64,000 bases of DNA, taken from positions 3,248-67,247 of IMG/VR virus record IMGVR_UViG_3300028195_000197, one strand, 5' to 3'. Under the pieces are notes generated by a model. The model made no database searches. It was not told the origin of the DNA and worked only from the letters and a program-made list of their open reading frames with translations. Numbering within the stretch: position 1 is the first letter of the stretch; each line of letters opens with the position of its first letter. Origin of the DNA: a virus. The translations under genes were made by a program, and so were the position numbers. Below are positions 47,393-57,834 of the stretch, piece by piece.

Positions 47393-47701
47393 CTATTTTT
47401 CTTTACTAATAATCTCTGCTCTTTTTGCCAGTAAGACATTCAACTTTTCTGAATTACCTTCTCTATCTTCTATAAGAGCTTCAATCTTTGCACTATCCGT
47501 TATACCTGCATCTTTATAAGCCTGTTGTATTTTTTCGTCTGTTGTGAGATGTAATAAAATACAGTCAGATAAATCACTTTCTTTGAGTTTCGGGATAGAT
47601 GGACATTGAAATTCTCCATTTCCATCTATCCAAAAATGTGACTTTTCGAGATTGTATTTCTCTGCGAATTTTGCACCGTCAAAATTGTTAGGTATTTTCA
47701 T
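47393..47701 (-). CDS. Tail-fibre-associated small protein
   Basis: Last gene of tail operon. Confidence 0.5.
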   Translation of the reverse strand: MKIPNNFDGAKFAEKYNLEKSHFWIDGNGEFQCPSIPKLKESDLSDCILLHLTTDEKIQQAYKDAGITDSAKIEALIEDREGNSEKLNVLLAKRAEIISKEK

Positions 47702-47711
47702 AATCTATATC

Positions 47712-48407
47712 CTAATTTGCTAATTTTACAATAGAAAATCGGCTTTGAGTGGATCCAATATCAAGATTCCCTCCAGATGCTTGATAAACCTGACATTCTA
47801 CATAATCGCTGGTGGACATTTCTATGGGGAAAAATGTAAAGGTTTGGTCTTGCCCTGCCCCGTTGTTCGGGAAAATGACTCCCCAAACATTTGCACCATT
47901 CAAATTAATCAATATTTGGCGGATACCTGTGTTATTTGATGCAAATATAATATTTGCAATAACAAGATACTTACCATCTTCGGGAGCGGTCAAACGGCTG
48001 TTATTTGTTACGTTGTCGTGAAATGTGTCAGTATCCCAATCCTCCGCATCCCATGTAAGCGTTGTCACCGTCGTATTAGATGTGCTTTGATTAGAAGTTT
48101 TCTTAACTTTCGCGGTAGGTAAAGATGCACTTCCAGTAACAGTTAAATTAGCTACCGTGCCACTTACAGACAGAGTCGCATTAGCTCCAACTACGTTTAA
48201 TATTGTACCTGTAGCTTGAGGAATTCCTTCATCCCAAAACATGAGACCTTCACTACCTCCAGCAGAACCCCCAACACCAAATGGGCCAGTTTCTACCCCT
48301 GCATCGTCTAAGGCATATATGCCATCAGACTTTGGATAGAGCTTCCATTTTGTTGATGCGGGTGTAGTAGGGGTAGAGCCTTCTTCTACAACAATTAATA
48401 CTGCCAT
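47712..48407 (-). CDS. Tail fibre/receptor-binding protein (C1q/TNF-like head)
   Basis: WD.E.WDT..FHD..NNSRLT.P..GKY, DYVE. Confidence 0.7.
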   Translation of the reverse strand: MAVLIVVEEGSTPTTPASTKWKLYPKSDGIYALDDAGVETGPFGVGGSAGGSEGLMFWDEGIPQATGTILNVVGANATLSVSGTVANLTVTGSASLPTAKVKKTSNQSTSNTTVTTLTWDAEDWDTDTFHDNVTNNSRLTAPEDGKYLVIANIIFASNNTGIRQILINLNGANVWGVIFPNNGAGQDQTFTFFPIEMSTSDYVECQVYQASGGNLDIGSTQSRFSIVKLAN

Positions 48408-49840
48408 TATTCTATTACCTCCAACACACTATCGCCTTCCAATGTTAGTGTGTGAGTGTCTAAGTCAAAATAGTCTGTAACGATAAGATTTCCTGTATCT
48501 GGAATGGTTAAGTCTGCTAACAATTTTCTTAGAGTATAATTGACTGAGTGTGTATGTGCTACTCCACCAATATTATAAGTAGTTCCAGTGGGAATATTTA
48601 TTCCGTCTGATATAGTAGCAGAGAGAATTTTTGTAGTTGTCCCTGATGGGGTATGATAAAACTCTGTTCTTGTACCATGATTAGTACCTGTCCAATCACC
48701 TTCTGCAACAAAGTCTATTTCTGATTGTGTGCTAGTCCATGTACTTCCATTATAGCCTCTACCTCGCAATCTAAGTAACACATCATTATCTTGTACCGCA
48801 TTTAGTGATGCTAGACTTCCCCTGGCTCTAAGACCTGCGACAAATGGAGCTATTGAATCTCCAGTAGCCCACAATAAGTTGGCAGGAGATGTCGTTTGTC
48901 CAATGTTATGAAAAGTGTTTTCTCCTAGTGCTGGAGGTGTACCAGAACCAATAACCACAACCTTTTCAGCTTTATGATACACAAATCCATCATTTCCACC
49001 AAAGACTCCACCATCATTAAATTGTACTTGTGTGTCTGCTCCACCAGGAGTTCCCCCTCCACCACCAGCAGATGTAGAGTGCCATTGTCTTAGATCATAA
49101 ATATTATCCCAACCAATAGACGATGTACCACTAACCAAACGAATACCAGCAACTAATAGATGAGTTGAATCTGATACAGAAGGTAAGTATTGAACTATAT
49201 CTTGTGTACCAGTTATAGATGCAGTAAAGAAACTGCCTGAATTTAGTAAGAATTCTGGATTTCCTGTTTCAGTGTCAATATAAACCACGCCCATAATAGC
49301 TGTATTATCTGTAGGTTTGTATTGAGCAATATCTCCAGTACCAGTAGCACCAAAAGTGACCAACACACCATCATCTTCTCTAAATTGGTAGGGGTAAATT
49401 GAAACATTGGCAGAGCCTTTAGTTCCAGAAGGATACGCTCCCAAGGGTACAATTTGTCTACCTTGTACCCAAAGAATATCCCCTCCACCTCCACCATCAG
49501 GATTGAAGGCGTGTTGGTTTGCATGAGCGGGAACAAAAGAAGAAGTAGAGTTCCAGTTATTGTATCTTTGGGTATCTCTACCTTTTATTACATATCTATT
49601 TCCTTCTCTGACAACAAGTACAGCCAATCCAAATATGACAGAGACTGTCTCATTAAATGCTTGAATTACTTCACTGAGATTATCTCTAAGTTGAACGTAG
49701 ACATAGCCTGGACGATTAGGAACATCTACTAACTTATTTCCATTAAGGTAAATGCCTAAAGTGCCAGCTATTTCTGTAGATTCTTTAGCTAGGGTCTTTG
49801 AATAATCTCTAAAGGCATTTTCAAATTTATTCTGTGTCAT
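48407..49840 (-). CDS. Minor tail/tail fibre protein
   Basis: PGGADTQVQFNDGG.F.G fibre motif. Confidence 0.7.
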   Translation of the reverse strand: MTQNKFENAFRDYSKTLAKESTEIAGTLGIYLNGNKLVDVPNRPGYVYVQLRDNLSEVIQAFNETVSVIFGLAVLVVREGNRYVIKGRDTQRYNNWNSTSSFVPAHANQHAFNPDGGGGGDILWVQGRQIVPLGAYPSGTKGSANVSIYPYQFREDDGVLVTFGATGTGDIAQYKPTDNTAIMGVVYIDTETGNPEFLLNSGSFFTASITGTQDIVQYLPSVSDSTHLLVAGIRLVSGTSSIGWDNIYDLRQWHSTSAGGGGGTPGGADTQVQFNDGGVFGGNDGFVYHKAEKVVVIGSGTPPALGENTFHNIGQTTSPANLLWATGDSIAPFVAGLRARGSLASLNAVQDNDVLLRLRGRGYNGSTWTSTQSEIDFVAEGDWTGTNHGTRTEFYHTPSGTTTKILSATISDGINIPTGTTYNIGGVAHTHSVNYTLRKLLADLTIPDTGNLIVTDYFDLDTHTLTLEGDSVLEVIE

Positions 49841-49847
49841 ATTATGA

Positions 49848-52190
49848 TTATAAAGCTGATACCCTGTTTATTGTAGTTGTAGAAGTGAAAGTTCCTAACG
49901 TTGCATCTCCTCTTGTAGCTATCTGTAACGTATCCCCCGCAATAACCCTCATCATTCTAACTACAGTAATCTTCTTTAGTCTCTCAAGACTTTCCCAAAT
50001 GAATGAATACAGATGTATTCCCTCCCTACTGGATTCAAAAAGAATTTCTCCTAAAGTTCCTGCACCAGGTGCAGAAACGTCTTCAAAGTTTCCAGTGATA
50101 ACATGCTGATACACTCCATCTGTATTGTAAAATATTGTCGTGGGATTAGTTTGGGAAACGTATAGTCCTAGCGTAAGGGGAGAGAATGTTGTTAGAACAC
50201 TGAAAGTGGGGTTTATAGCTGGTGTAGTTCCAGAAAACATTGAGAGAGAATTATCAGCATAGCTTCCAAACATAGCAGGAAACGAAAGAGACGGAATAGA
50301 TGGAATGGAGAGATGAGGAGCTTGATAGCCTCCGTCATCTGGAACATCTGGAATAGGAATAGTTTGCCCTGCTGCTCCAGTAACCAAAGAGGTGAAAGAT
50401 ATATTCTCTGGATAGAAAGTTTGGCTCGTGGAATTATATGTCCATCCAACACTTTCTGGCATATACGTTCCGCTTATATGTACACCTCTAGGAGTGTCGT
50501 CTGCATCTACTAGAAGCACTACAGTTTCTTGGGGAGCTAAATCAATATTTCTAAAGTTTCCAACTAACTTATAATTTGCAGAAGGATACTTGGAGTTCTT
50601 ATTTGCTAATCTGTGCCCAGTTATCTTATTCAATTCGCTTTGAGACTGTAAGGCTAATCCTTGTGTCCGTTCAGCCTTACCTCTGTATAACGGCGCACCT
50701 CCTGGAGCATTAGACATAATAGGAGAGAAAGTACCAGTCACTACTCCACTATAAGCAATGCCTCCGTATTCTAAATAAGATATGGGATGTATAAGGTTCT
50801 CTGAGAAAACTGGAGTATCCACCCAATCACCTTTCTGCAATTCCATAATGGGAGTAGAGTATGTGCCATTCGCTTCTGGAAAAGATTTAGCGTCATTCTC
50901 TATCCAAATCTTCCCTTGCATATCAGACACAGCAGAGCCGAAAGTAGTTCCTTTTATGAAACTATTTATAGCATCGTAAATACTATTTCTATCGCTGTCG
51001 AAATATTGTATTGGTCTATCAAGACCTAGAACTTGTACATCATTTGTAGACAGAACGGTAGTATGCCATCTAAGATAATGATAAATCGCTTTGGATAAAT
51101 TCAGATCATATAACTGATACCAATCAGAAGGAGAAGGAACGCTTTCTACTGAAATAGAGAATCCTTCTTGCTCTTTCAAATATTCTGCTATACTGCCTAC
51201 GTCAAAAGTAACTTCTCCGAACTTATAATTATATTGAATAGAACCTTTTAGAATATGTCCCGTAAAGAAGATGTCAGAATTGCCAGATGCGTTACCGCCT
51301 ATAGTTTGCTTTGTATTTCCAAACCAACTTTCTCCAAACAGAACGACCACATCTCCTTCATTTACAGAGATGTTTTCGAGAACACGTACAGTAGTAGTAT
51401 ATCCACCACCAGCACGACTTCCGTTTATTTGAGATAATTCCCACTTCAAAGGAGGAGTATTTGTACCTTCATCTGGTCTATCATAGACTGAAATATACCT
51501 ATAAGATGTATCAACAAAATTAGTTCCTGTTACAGAAAGCCGTGTAACATAGTGACCAGGGGTATGATAATGTACATTTCCAGGAGTTGCGGCGGTAGAG
51601 CCTGTAACTGATGCCCCTTCAAACCACCAATGAGTGTCATATGGCGTATCAGCCACTTGCACTGTTCCTGTAGACGTATAATACGATGTTCCTGTGCCAC
51701 TATCTAAATAAACCGCTCTATGAGGCCCTGCACATGGAAACGAGCCTAGAACTGTATTTTGGTTAGTATAAGGAATATCATAATCCTTATACCAAATTGT
51801 GCTTTCTGCATCAGCAGGGTCAGAGATGATTCTAGGAAATACTGGCAGAACTTCCCAAAATCTTTGAATAGTTAGATATAAATTATCTTTCCACTCTATA
51901 TAAGAATTCTCAGCTACGACTATCTCAGAACTTGTTATAGAGCGAAGTCTTACTGTACCAAGCTCTCTTCCACCTTCCGATGTTCCAACCAAAACAACCA
52001 TACCAGTTTCTACAGATGTCCAAGAACCTTCCGTGACTGTATCATAAGAAATGGTTAGGGCGTTTCTATTTATAGTGGCATCGTCCACACGACACTTTAA
52101 GGCTGTAGTCGGCCTAAAAATACTTAGACTAAGCTTAGTGCGCTGAGGTCTACTGCGGAGGAGAGATAACTCTTTTTGAGTTACTTTCAT
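49848..52190 (-). CDS. Minor tail/baseplate hub protein with PKD-like domain
   Basis: Position after Dit; WWFEG...Y.TPG.Y. Confidence 0.65.
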   Translation of the reverse strand: MKVTQKELSLLRSRPQRTKLSLSIFRPTTALKCRVDDATINRNALTISYDTVTEGSWTSVETGMVVLVGTSEGGRELGTVRLRSITSSEIVVAENSYIEWKDNLYLTIQRFWEVLPVFPRIISDPADAESTIWYKDYDIPYTNQNTVLGSFPCAGPHRAVYLDSGTGTSYYTSTGTVQVADTPYDTHWWFEGASVTGSTAATPGNVHYHTPGHYVTRLSVTGTNFVDTSYRYISVYDRPDEGTNTPPLKWELSQINGSRAGGGYTTTVRVLENISVNEGDVVVLFGESWFGNTKQTIGGNASGNSDIFFTGHILKGSIQYNYKFGEVTFDVGSIAEYLKEQEGFSISVESVPSPSDWYQLYDLNLSKAIYHYLRWHTTVLSTNDVQVLGLDRPIQYFDSDRNSIYDAINSFIKGTTFGSAVSDMQGKIWIENDAKSFPEANGTYSTPIMELQKGDWVDTPVFSENLIHPISYLEYGGIAYSGVVTGTFSPIMSNAPGGAPLYRGKAERTQGLALQSQSELNKITGHRLANKNSKYPSANYKLVGNFRNIDLAPQETVVLLVDADDTPRGVHISGTYMPESVGWTYNSTSQTFYPENISFTSLVTGAAGQTIPIPDVPDDGGYQAPHLSIPSIPSLSFPAMFGSYADNSLSMFSGTTPAINPTFSVLTTFSPLTLGLYVSQTNPTTIFYNTDGVYQHVITGNFEDVSAPGAGTLGEILFESSREGIHLYSFIWESLERLKKITVVRMMRVIAGDTLQIATRGDATLGTFTSTTTINRVSAL

Positions 52191-52537
52191 CCCGTTACAA
52201 TCCCATATATCATCAAGATTACTTCCGTTTCATGTTCTGCGAAATAATCATTGCTAGAAGGCTCTGAAAGTGTGCAGCCCGAATAATTGGAAAACGACCA
52301 TACAGCACCTTTATGTGAAGGTAAAGAAACTACAGCCGTACCAGTAACATCCAAAGCATCGTAAAGACCTTGAATTTCGTTTGCATCAGACATAGATGTA
52401 AGTTGCCATCTCATTTCAAATTCTCTTACACCAGCATATTCAGGATGACCATTTCCAGTAAACCCAATTGGTTCTCTACTAATCCACTTTCCTACTGTGG
52501 GCTGTAGACTTAAAGTTGTTCCGTTGATTATATACAT
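52187..52537 (-). CDS. Distal tail protein (putative)
   Basis: Directly after tape measure. Confidence 0.6.
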   Translation of the reverse strand: MYIINGTTLSLQPTVGKWISREPIGFTGNGHPEYAGVREFEMRWQLTSMSDANEIQGLYDALDVTGTAVVSLPSHKGAVWSFSNYSGCTLSEPSSNDYFAEHETEVILMIYGIVTG

Positions 52538-55020
52538 TATCTTTCTCTCGCAATAGTGTTTATTGTGCTGGACACTTGAGTAAGGGATTCATTTACAATT
52601 CTTCCTTGCAAGTCTGGATTTAAATCTACCATCACTCTCAAAGTTCCTCCGGTATTTCCGCCAGAGAAGCTAGATGTAGGAATATTAGATGGTGTAAAGG
52701 CAGATGCAGGAAGCCCTTTCCTCAAGGATGATGACGTAGAACTTCCTTTATATGAGCTAGAACTGACTGGTTGATTTATAGCTCTGCTAGCCATAATAGA
52801 TGCCACGTTTGCTCTTGCATTAGCCGCCGCTGCTGCTACAACTGCTTGCATTTGTAATACTCCAGTAATTATAGCTCCTATTCCAGCTAACTGCTCTTGG
52901 GCATTTCTTAGCATACTTTCAGTGTTTGCACTATATAAATCATCAAACAGTCCACCAGAACCATAAATCTCAGTTAGAGTGCCTAATAGTAAAGCCGCAG
53001 CTTCTTCTGATATTGTTTCAGCTTTCACAGCTTCTTCTAAAAATAACGCTAATCTTTCATCAGCTTGTCTAGCAATGTCTTCTAACTCTCTTTGATGATC
53101 TTCTTCTGCACGTTGTCTCTTTAGGTCAAAATCTTCTTTCTGACGAGCAAGTTTAAGTTGGCGTTCTTCTTCTAGTAATCTAAGTCGCTCATTTCTATCA
53201 TCAATAGCTTCTTTTAGCTGTCTAGCAGCATCTTCTCTACGCTCTTTCTTCCTTAGATCATTTTCATTGATAAGAGCTTGCTTGTCCATTTGGAATTGAC
53301 GTTGCAGACGAATAACTTGTCTAGCATCTCTTTCACGTAAAGCATCTTCCAAACTAAATAGGAACTTCTCTCGAAGTTGTCGAAGTTTCTCTTGAAACTT
53401 TGCTTCTTCATTTAGCTCTTTCTGACGAGATTTAGCCTGTATATCTGCTATCTTTTTATTAGAATCTCTAAGAATATCCTCACGCTTTAGAGCATAATCT
53501 TCATTTAGTCTTGTTCTTTTTCTATCAAAATCAACTTGCGCCCTATCTCCAGCAATAGCAAATTCTTCTTTTGCTTCTTGAGCTTTACGGGTAAGTTTCT
53601 CTAAATCGTCAGTGAGATCATCTAAGTCTAGTTCAGAAAGGTCTATGACTTCATCTTCTAATTCGTTTATTGCTCCAGTAGCTTCATCAGAGTCAGATAA
53701 AATTTCAGGAAAAAATCTTTGCAGTCCCTCTCTCCATCCATCTTCAATTCCATCAGATAAATCTTGTCCTATCTGCCCAACTCTACTTTTTAGAAGGTCA
53801 AAAAATCCTACCGCATCTTTAAAGTTTCCAGAAAATACAGATTTTACTGTCCATCCGTAAGCCTCAACAATCCCCCCAAGAATTTCCCATCCAGCAGCTA
53901 ACGCTCCTTGAGTAGCTGTCCACATCACTCTTATTTGCTTTGCGGTATCAATAGCAATTCTTAAATTCCGAATTAGGTTCAAAACACTTGGTGCTAGGGA
54001 TGCTTTTACGCCCATCGTAAGTTCACCTAGCGATCTAAGCAAATCTTCCCATTCAGCATTTTGTTCTGCTATTGCGCCAGTATTAGTTTTAAGAAAATCC
54101 TCAATTAGTACCAATTCCTCCCCAGTATTTTCTAAAAGTATAGCTATTTTCAGCATATCTTTATCGTGCTTTGTTAATTCAGAAAACGCTTCTCCCACTT
54201 CCAAAATCTCGTATTTTAAAGCTGCTGCCTCTATACTATCTTTAGAGAAATCCAGCCCTAAAGTAGGCAAACCTCTTCCAGAAGGAGCTACTAATGCAGT
54301 TGTAATCTTTCTGGTAGTAGATAGAAGGTCTTCCTCTTCTCCTGACCTAATATTTAAAACTCCAATAGCTTTCGCTATATCAATAATCTTTTGTTCAGTT
54401 ATCCCCATTTCCTTTGTCATAATAGCAATTAAAGATACTTGCTCCGTTATGTCTACTTCTGAGAAAATTGGTAGAAGTTTCTTTATGTCCTGAATACCCT
54501 TTTTCAGCCCCGCCATAGAAGTTTCAATCCCACCTTGTGACAAAATGCGTTCTGCATTAGCTAAACGAAATAGAGATGTCTCAAACTGAGTAGCTGCTTC
54601 TTCTGCTTTTTTGAAAGTTTCAGTTATTTTCTGAATAACACCAAATACGACCATAGAAGATAAAGCCCCTAAAGCTACTCTTAGAACATTTATTTTTGCG
54701 CTAAATGAAGAAGCACTTTTTCCAGCATTGGTCAGCAATTTTGATGCATCATCAACTTTTCTATTAAAGTTGTCAGTCATTACTAGTCTTTGAGCTTGTG
54801 TAATTTCTCCAAGACGCTGCTTTGTCATAAGAGCTTCTGCACTTAACTTTTTCATGTAGGCAGCAGCTTCATTAATAGAGACCCCCATATCCGTAGAGAA
54901 TTTCTTTATCTCTAAAGACATCTCTTTTATCCCCCTTTTTAACGCAAAAATCTTCTCGTCTGCTTTGATAGAATTTATAATAAGTTGGTATTCTACAATT
55001 TCTTTATCGGTCAGGGGCAT
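52537..55020 (-). CDS. Tape measure protein
   Basis: 827 aa helical/coiled-coil; synteny. Confidence 0.85.
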   Translation of the reverse strand: MPLTDKEIVEYQLIINSIKADEKIFALKRGIKEMSLEIKKFSTDMGVSINEAAAYMKKLSAEALMTKQRLGEITQAQRLVMTDNFNRKVDDASKLLTNAGKSASSFSAKINVLRVALGALSSMVVFGVIQKITETFKKAEEAATQFETSLFRLANAERILSQGGIETSMAGLKKGIQDIKKLLPIFSEVDITEQVSLIAIMTKEMGITEQKIIDIAKAIGVLNIRSGEEEDLLSTTRKITTALVAPSGRGLPTLGLDFSKDSIEAAALKYEILEVGEAFSELTKHDKDMLKIAILLENTGEELVLIEDFLKTNTGAIAEQNAEWEDLLRSLGELTMGVKASLAPSVLNLIRNLRIAIDTAKQIRVMWTATQGALAAGWEILGGIVEAYGWTVKSVFSGNFKDAVGFFDLLKSRVGQIGQDLSDGIEDGWREGLQRFFPEILSDSDEATGAINELEDEVIDLSELDLDDLTDDLEKLTRKAQEAKEEFAIAGDRAQVDFDRKRTRLNEDYALKREDILRDSNKKIADIQAKSRQKELNEEAKFQEKLRQLREKFLFSLEDALRERDARQVIRLQRQFQMDKQALINENDLRKKERREDAARQLKEAIDDRNERLRLLEEERQLKLARQKEDFDLKRQRAEEDHQRELEDIARQADERLALFLEEAVKAETISEEAAALLLGTLTEIYGSGGLFDDLYSANTESMLRNAQEQLAGIGAIITGVLQMQAVVAAAAANARANVASIMASRAINQPVSSSSYKGSSTSSSLRKGLPASAFTPSNIPTSSFSGGNTGGTLRVMVDLNPDLQGRIVNESLTQVSSTINTIARER

Positions 55021-55292
55021 TAAAACCTCTCAATTACGTCCACAAATTCAAAGAATCTATTTCTAATTACACCTTCTTGCATCAAAGAAATAAATTCTCC
55101 TGCGTTTTTAGTATCTACCTTATTATCATACAGAATATGAACACATTCAAGAAGGGCTTTAGGATCAGAAAGTTTTATTATCTCTAAGACTTCATCTTCT
55201 ATAGTATCTTTTCTATCTCTCTTGTCTATTGCAGGTTTCAAGAGAAGATATAATCTCCACATATCTTTTAGATTTAGTTTATTCGATTTCAT
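55020..55292 (-). CDS. Tail assembly chaperone-like protein
   Basis: Synteny. Confidence 0.5.
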   Translation of the reverse strand: MKSNKLNLKDMWRLYLLLKPAIDKRDRKDTIEDEVLEIIKLSDPKALLECVHILYDNKVDTKNAGEFISLMQEGVIRNRFFEFVDVIERF

Positions 55293-55920
55293 TTAGATTT
55301 ACACCCTGTCCAATCGGGAGAAGATTCTTAGGAACAGGAACTACTCTCTTGTTGTTTTTAGCGTTCATATCTGGAAGCATCCAATAAGGTTTAGGGAGAT
55401 GAGTGTAAGTAGATTTCTTAGATTGCTTGTTATAAACGTAGGCAATTTCAGTAGTACTCCAGATAAACTCCCTTTCCAGATATTGTGCTGTAAGAATCTC
55501 TTGAATATATGACAAAGCATCATTTACAGAGAGATTAGCGATTTCTTCATTACTCCACCCAAAAGCTGATGCAATAGTGCTACTATAGAAGAACCATAAT
55601 CTTCCAGGATAATCCCAAGATTCTTTTTCTGATTCTTTATTAGGTTTGCGAACTGTAAGAGGGATTTTCTTCGTGGTAGAAGTTACATCATGTATTTTGT
55701 AGAAAGAAATAAGTTCATCTTCCCAAAATACTTTATCTAAGTTCACTTTAACACATAGAGCGGTAGTGATATAATCTCTCAATAATTCAGGAAGGTTGGG
55801 AGAGTTATCTTCTACCGCTTCTATGAAGCTAAATTTTAGGTCTTCTAAGGTTGCCCATTTTCTAAAGTTTACTTTCTTTAGAAGACGAGTTCCAAGTTTT
55901 AGTAGTATTGTATTTATCAT
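55279..55920 (-). CDS. Tail assembly chaperone-like protein
   Basis: IA..FGWS.EEI..L pattern; synteny. Confidence 0.55.
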   Translation of the reverse strand: MINTILLKLGTRLLKKVNFRKWATLEDLKFSFIEAVEDNSPNLPELLRDYITTALCVKVNLDKVFWEDELISFYKIHDVTSTTKKIPLTVRKPNKESEKESWDYPGRLWFFYSSTIASAFGWSNEEIANLSVNDALSYIQEILTAQYLEREFIWSTTEIAYVYNKQSKKSTYTHLPKPYWMLPDMNAKNNKRVVPVPKNLLPIGQGVNLNEIE

Positions 55921-55966
55921 CCCCCTAATGATACTCTAAAAACTAGGAATTTTCTATTCTTGAAAT

Positions 55967-56206
55967 CTACCAAGAATCATAAGGGTCTCTATCATCTCTT
56001 TCTTCTTTTTCAAATAAGTCATCTAACCACTTCACAATTTTGTATTTTGTTAACCGATACAGCTTTAAAAATTTCAGGAATTTCTTTTCCTTATCAGAAA
56101 AATGAAACTCAATAAGTTCTCCTGTCATTAAATCATACCCTTCTCCAGAAGGTTCTGGCATAGACGCTTCTAGTATCAAATACTTTAGCCTAGATAATCT
56201 TTTCAT
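55967..56206 (-). CDS. Moron hypothetical protein
   Basis: Own TAATCT-N19-TATTAT promoter at 56242-56284. Confidence 0.55.
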   Translation of the reverse strand: MKRLSRLKYLILEASMPEPSGEGYDLMTGELIEFHFSDKEKKFLKFLKLYRLTKYKIVKWLDDLFEKEERDDRDPYDSW

Positions 56207-56275
56207 TCCATCTTCCTTTTACTAACAAATGTCCAGCCTTTATAATAACACAATTTACATGGTTGAAGATTAAAA

Positions 56276-56332
56276 TTAGATGAGATTATTGATGTGTCTT
56301 ATTTGGCATATCCCCATTACTTTTATAGCCAT
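56276..56332 (-). pseudogene. 18-codon relic of a GIY-YIG endonuclease
   Basis: MAIKVMGICQIRHINNLI* resembles xxSGIYxIxN; GGAGG RBS; same leader as the HNH gene. Confidence 0.5.
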
Positions 56333-56334
56333 TA

Positions 56335-56407
56335 TGCACCTCCATGTGCGATAAGGGGCAGGGGTGATGAAGGAGCATCACCCTTTTCGGCATCCATGCC
56401 TAGCCCC
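56335..56407 (-). ncRNA. Three-way-junction RNA leader, copy 1
   Basis: GGGGCTAGG..CCGAAAAGGGTGATG-CTCCTT-CATCACC.CTGCCCC after TATAAT. Confidence 0.7.
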
Positions 56408-56444
56408 TATTTGGTATATTATACTACAAAACTGCTAACTCATG

Positions 56445-57071
56445 TTAAGGAAGCGCACTCAAATCCGACCTGATGATAACTCCAAACCGCTGATCTGATG
56501 GTTTCGTAGAATCTGCATATCCTCTAAGGACGAAGGATTGTGCCCAGGAATCTCCATAAAGCATCTGTAACTCGGCTGGCTCTACAGGTTGCGCTTTATG
56601 TAAGTGAATCAATAAGTAATCGCCAGTGTCTTCATTATACACGCGAGGTGCGTACACCATGTAATATTGGTTGTTATTGAAACCACCAATGCCAACTTTT
56701 TCCGTTCCTGTCCCTACAGTAGCAGTAGAGAAACCTGCTAATTTAGTATAGATAGAAAGCGGGAAAAGATTCTTAGTGGTAAACGCAAGGTCTACATAAT
56801 CCCGTGTCTGAATAGTGCCTTTTACACCATCAGCATCACAACGAATATCGTTAGCAGTAACACCTTGCATAAAGGTTACATCGGTTACACATGCTAAACC
56901 GATATAAGGATATGAAGATGTACCACTCATACCCCAATAATAACCATCGCCATCAGGGTTATTTAGGGGGTCTGCAAGATAATCTTGTAAATAAATATTT
57001 GGCGCACCATTAATATAAATCTCTTCTTGGGAAGTTGAACTTCCGATTGGTGTTCCTGTAATTAAGGACAC
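56445..57071 (-). CDS. Major tail (tube) protein
   Basis: GGAGG RBS, GTG start; synteny; beta-rich. Confidence 0.75.
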   Translation of the reverse strand: MSLITGTPIGSSTSQEEIYINGAPNIYLQDYLADPLNNPDGDGYYWGMSGTSSYPYIGLACVTDVTFMQGVTANDIRCDADGVKGTIQTRDYVDLAFTTKNLFPLSIYTKLAGFSTATVGTGTEKVGIGGFNNNQYYMVYAPRVYNEDTGDYLLIHLHKAQPVEPAELQMLYGDSWAQSFVLRGYADSTKPSDQRFGVIIRSDLSALP

Positions 57072-57081
57072 TTTAAACCTC

Positions 57082-57759
57082 CTAAACCTTATAAGAAAGG
57101 TTTCTTTCTTTGATTGTTAAATTTCTCGGTAATTCAGGAATATATCTTGTATCCTTAGTTCCTTTAGAAGAATTACACGAACGACATAGTAATTGTACGT
57201 TACCTATAGTTAGATTTCCACCAAGACTTAACGGCTTTATGTGGTCGAGAGTGATGGGTAATTCTTTCGTAAACTCTCTTTCACATTTACCACATCTATG
57301 ATCTTGAACTTCTAACAGATAATCTATTCCTTTACTGGTCAAATCTGCAATGACATTATTCTTTCTATCTCTTCGTCTCTCTAACTGTATCAGAAGTTTC
57401 TTCCTACCTTCTGGTGTTTTTCGCCATTCTTTCTGTCTACTAGCACACTTTTCTTTATTGTTATGATAATAATCTCTAGCGTACTTTCTAGTTTTCTCTC
57501 TATTTTCTTCCGAAGACGCTCTCCATCTTCTCATTCTTATTTTAGCGTTGTGTTTACCTTGCTCAGTTTCTCTATATTCTTTATCCTTCTCACGAAGCAT
57601 CTTTCTATTTCTTTTCTTGTATTCTCTTGTCCAAGCATTTTTACATTCTTTGCAGGAAGAAGATAATCCATCAGACTTATCGCCTTTGTGATACTCACTC
57701 ACATGTTTCTTTTCTTTACACTTACTACAAACTTTCCACTCACCAATTGCTCTAGGCAT
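57082..57759 (-). CDS. Free-standing HNH homing endonuclease
   Basis: CxxC...CK.C N-terminus, DHIKPLS.GG....N...C..CN.SK; start moved to MPRAIG after GGAGG. Confidence 0.88.
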   Translation of the reverse strand: MPRAIGEWKVCSKCKEKKHVSEYHKGDKSDGLSSSCKECKNAWTREYKKRNRKMLREKDKEYRETEQGKHNAKIRMRRWRASSEENREKTRKYARDYYHNNKEKCASRQKEWRKTPEGRKKLLIQLERRRDRKNNVIADLTSKGIDYLLEVQDHRCGKCEREFTKELPITLDHIKPLSLGGNLTIGNVQLLCRSCNSSKGTKDTRYIPELPRNLTIKERNLSYKV

Positions 57760-57761
57760 TT

Positions 57762-57834
57762 TGTACCTCCCAGTACATGTTGGGGCAGAGTGATGTGGGA
57801 GCATCACCTTTTCGGACTTTCCCATCCTAGCCCC
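57762..57834 (-). ncRNA. Three-way-junction RNA leader, copy 2
   Basis: GGGGCTAGG..CCGAAAAGGTGATG-CTCCCA-CATCAC.CTGCCCC after TATAAT. Confidence 0.7.

Noticed and set aside
47712-49840. Diversity-generating retroelement acting on tail fibres
   Set aside because: No reverse transcriptase or TR/VR repeat pair seen
55020-55920. Programmed -1 frameshift between tail chaperones
   Set aside because: No XXXYYYZ slippery site visible near the 14-nt overlap
56355-57834. Hammerhead ribozyme (TGATGA and GAAA present)
   Set aside because: Core CUGANGA is absent and the two motifs are on opposite strands
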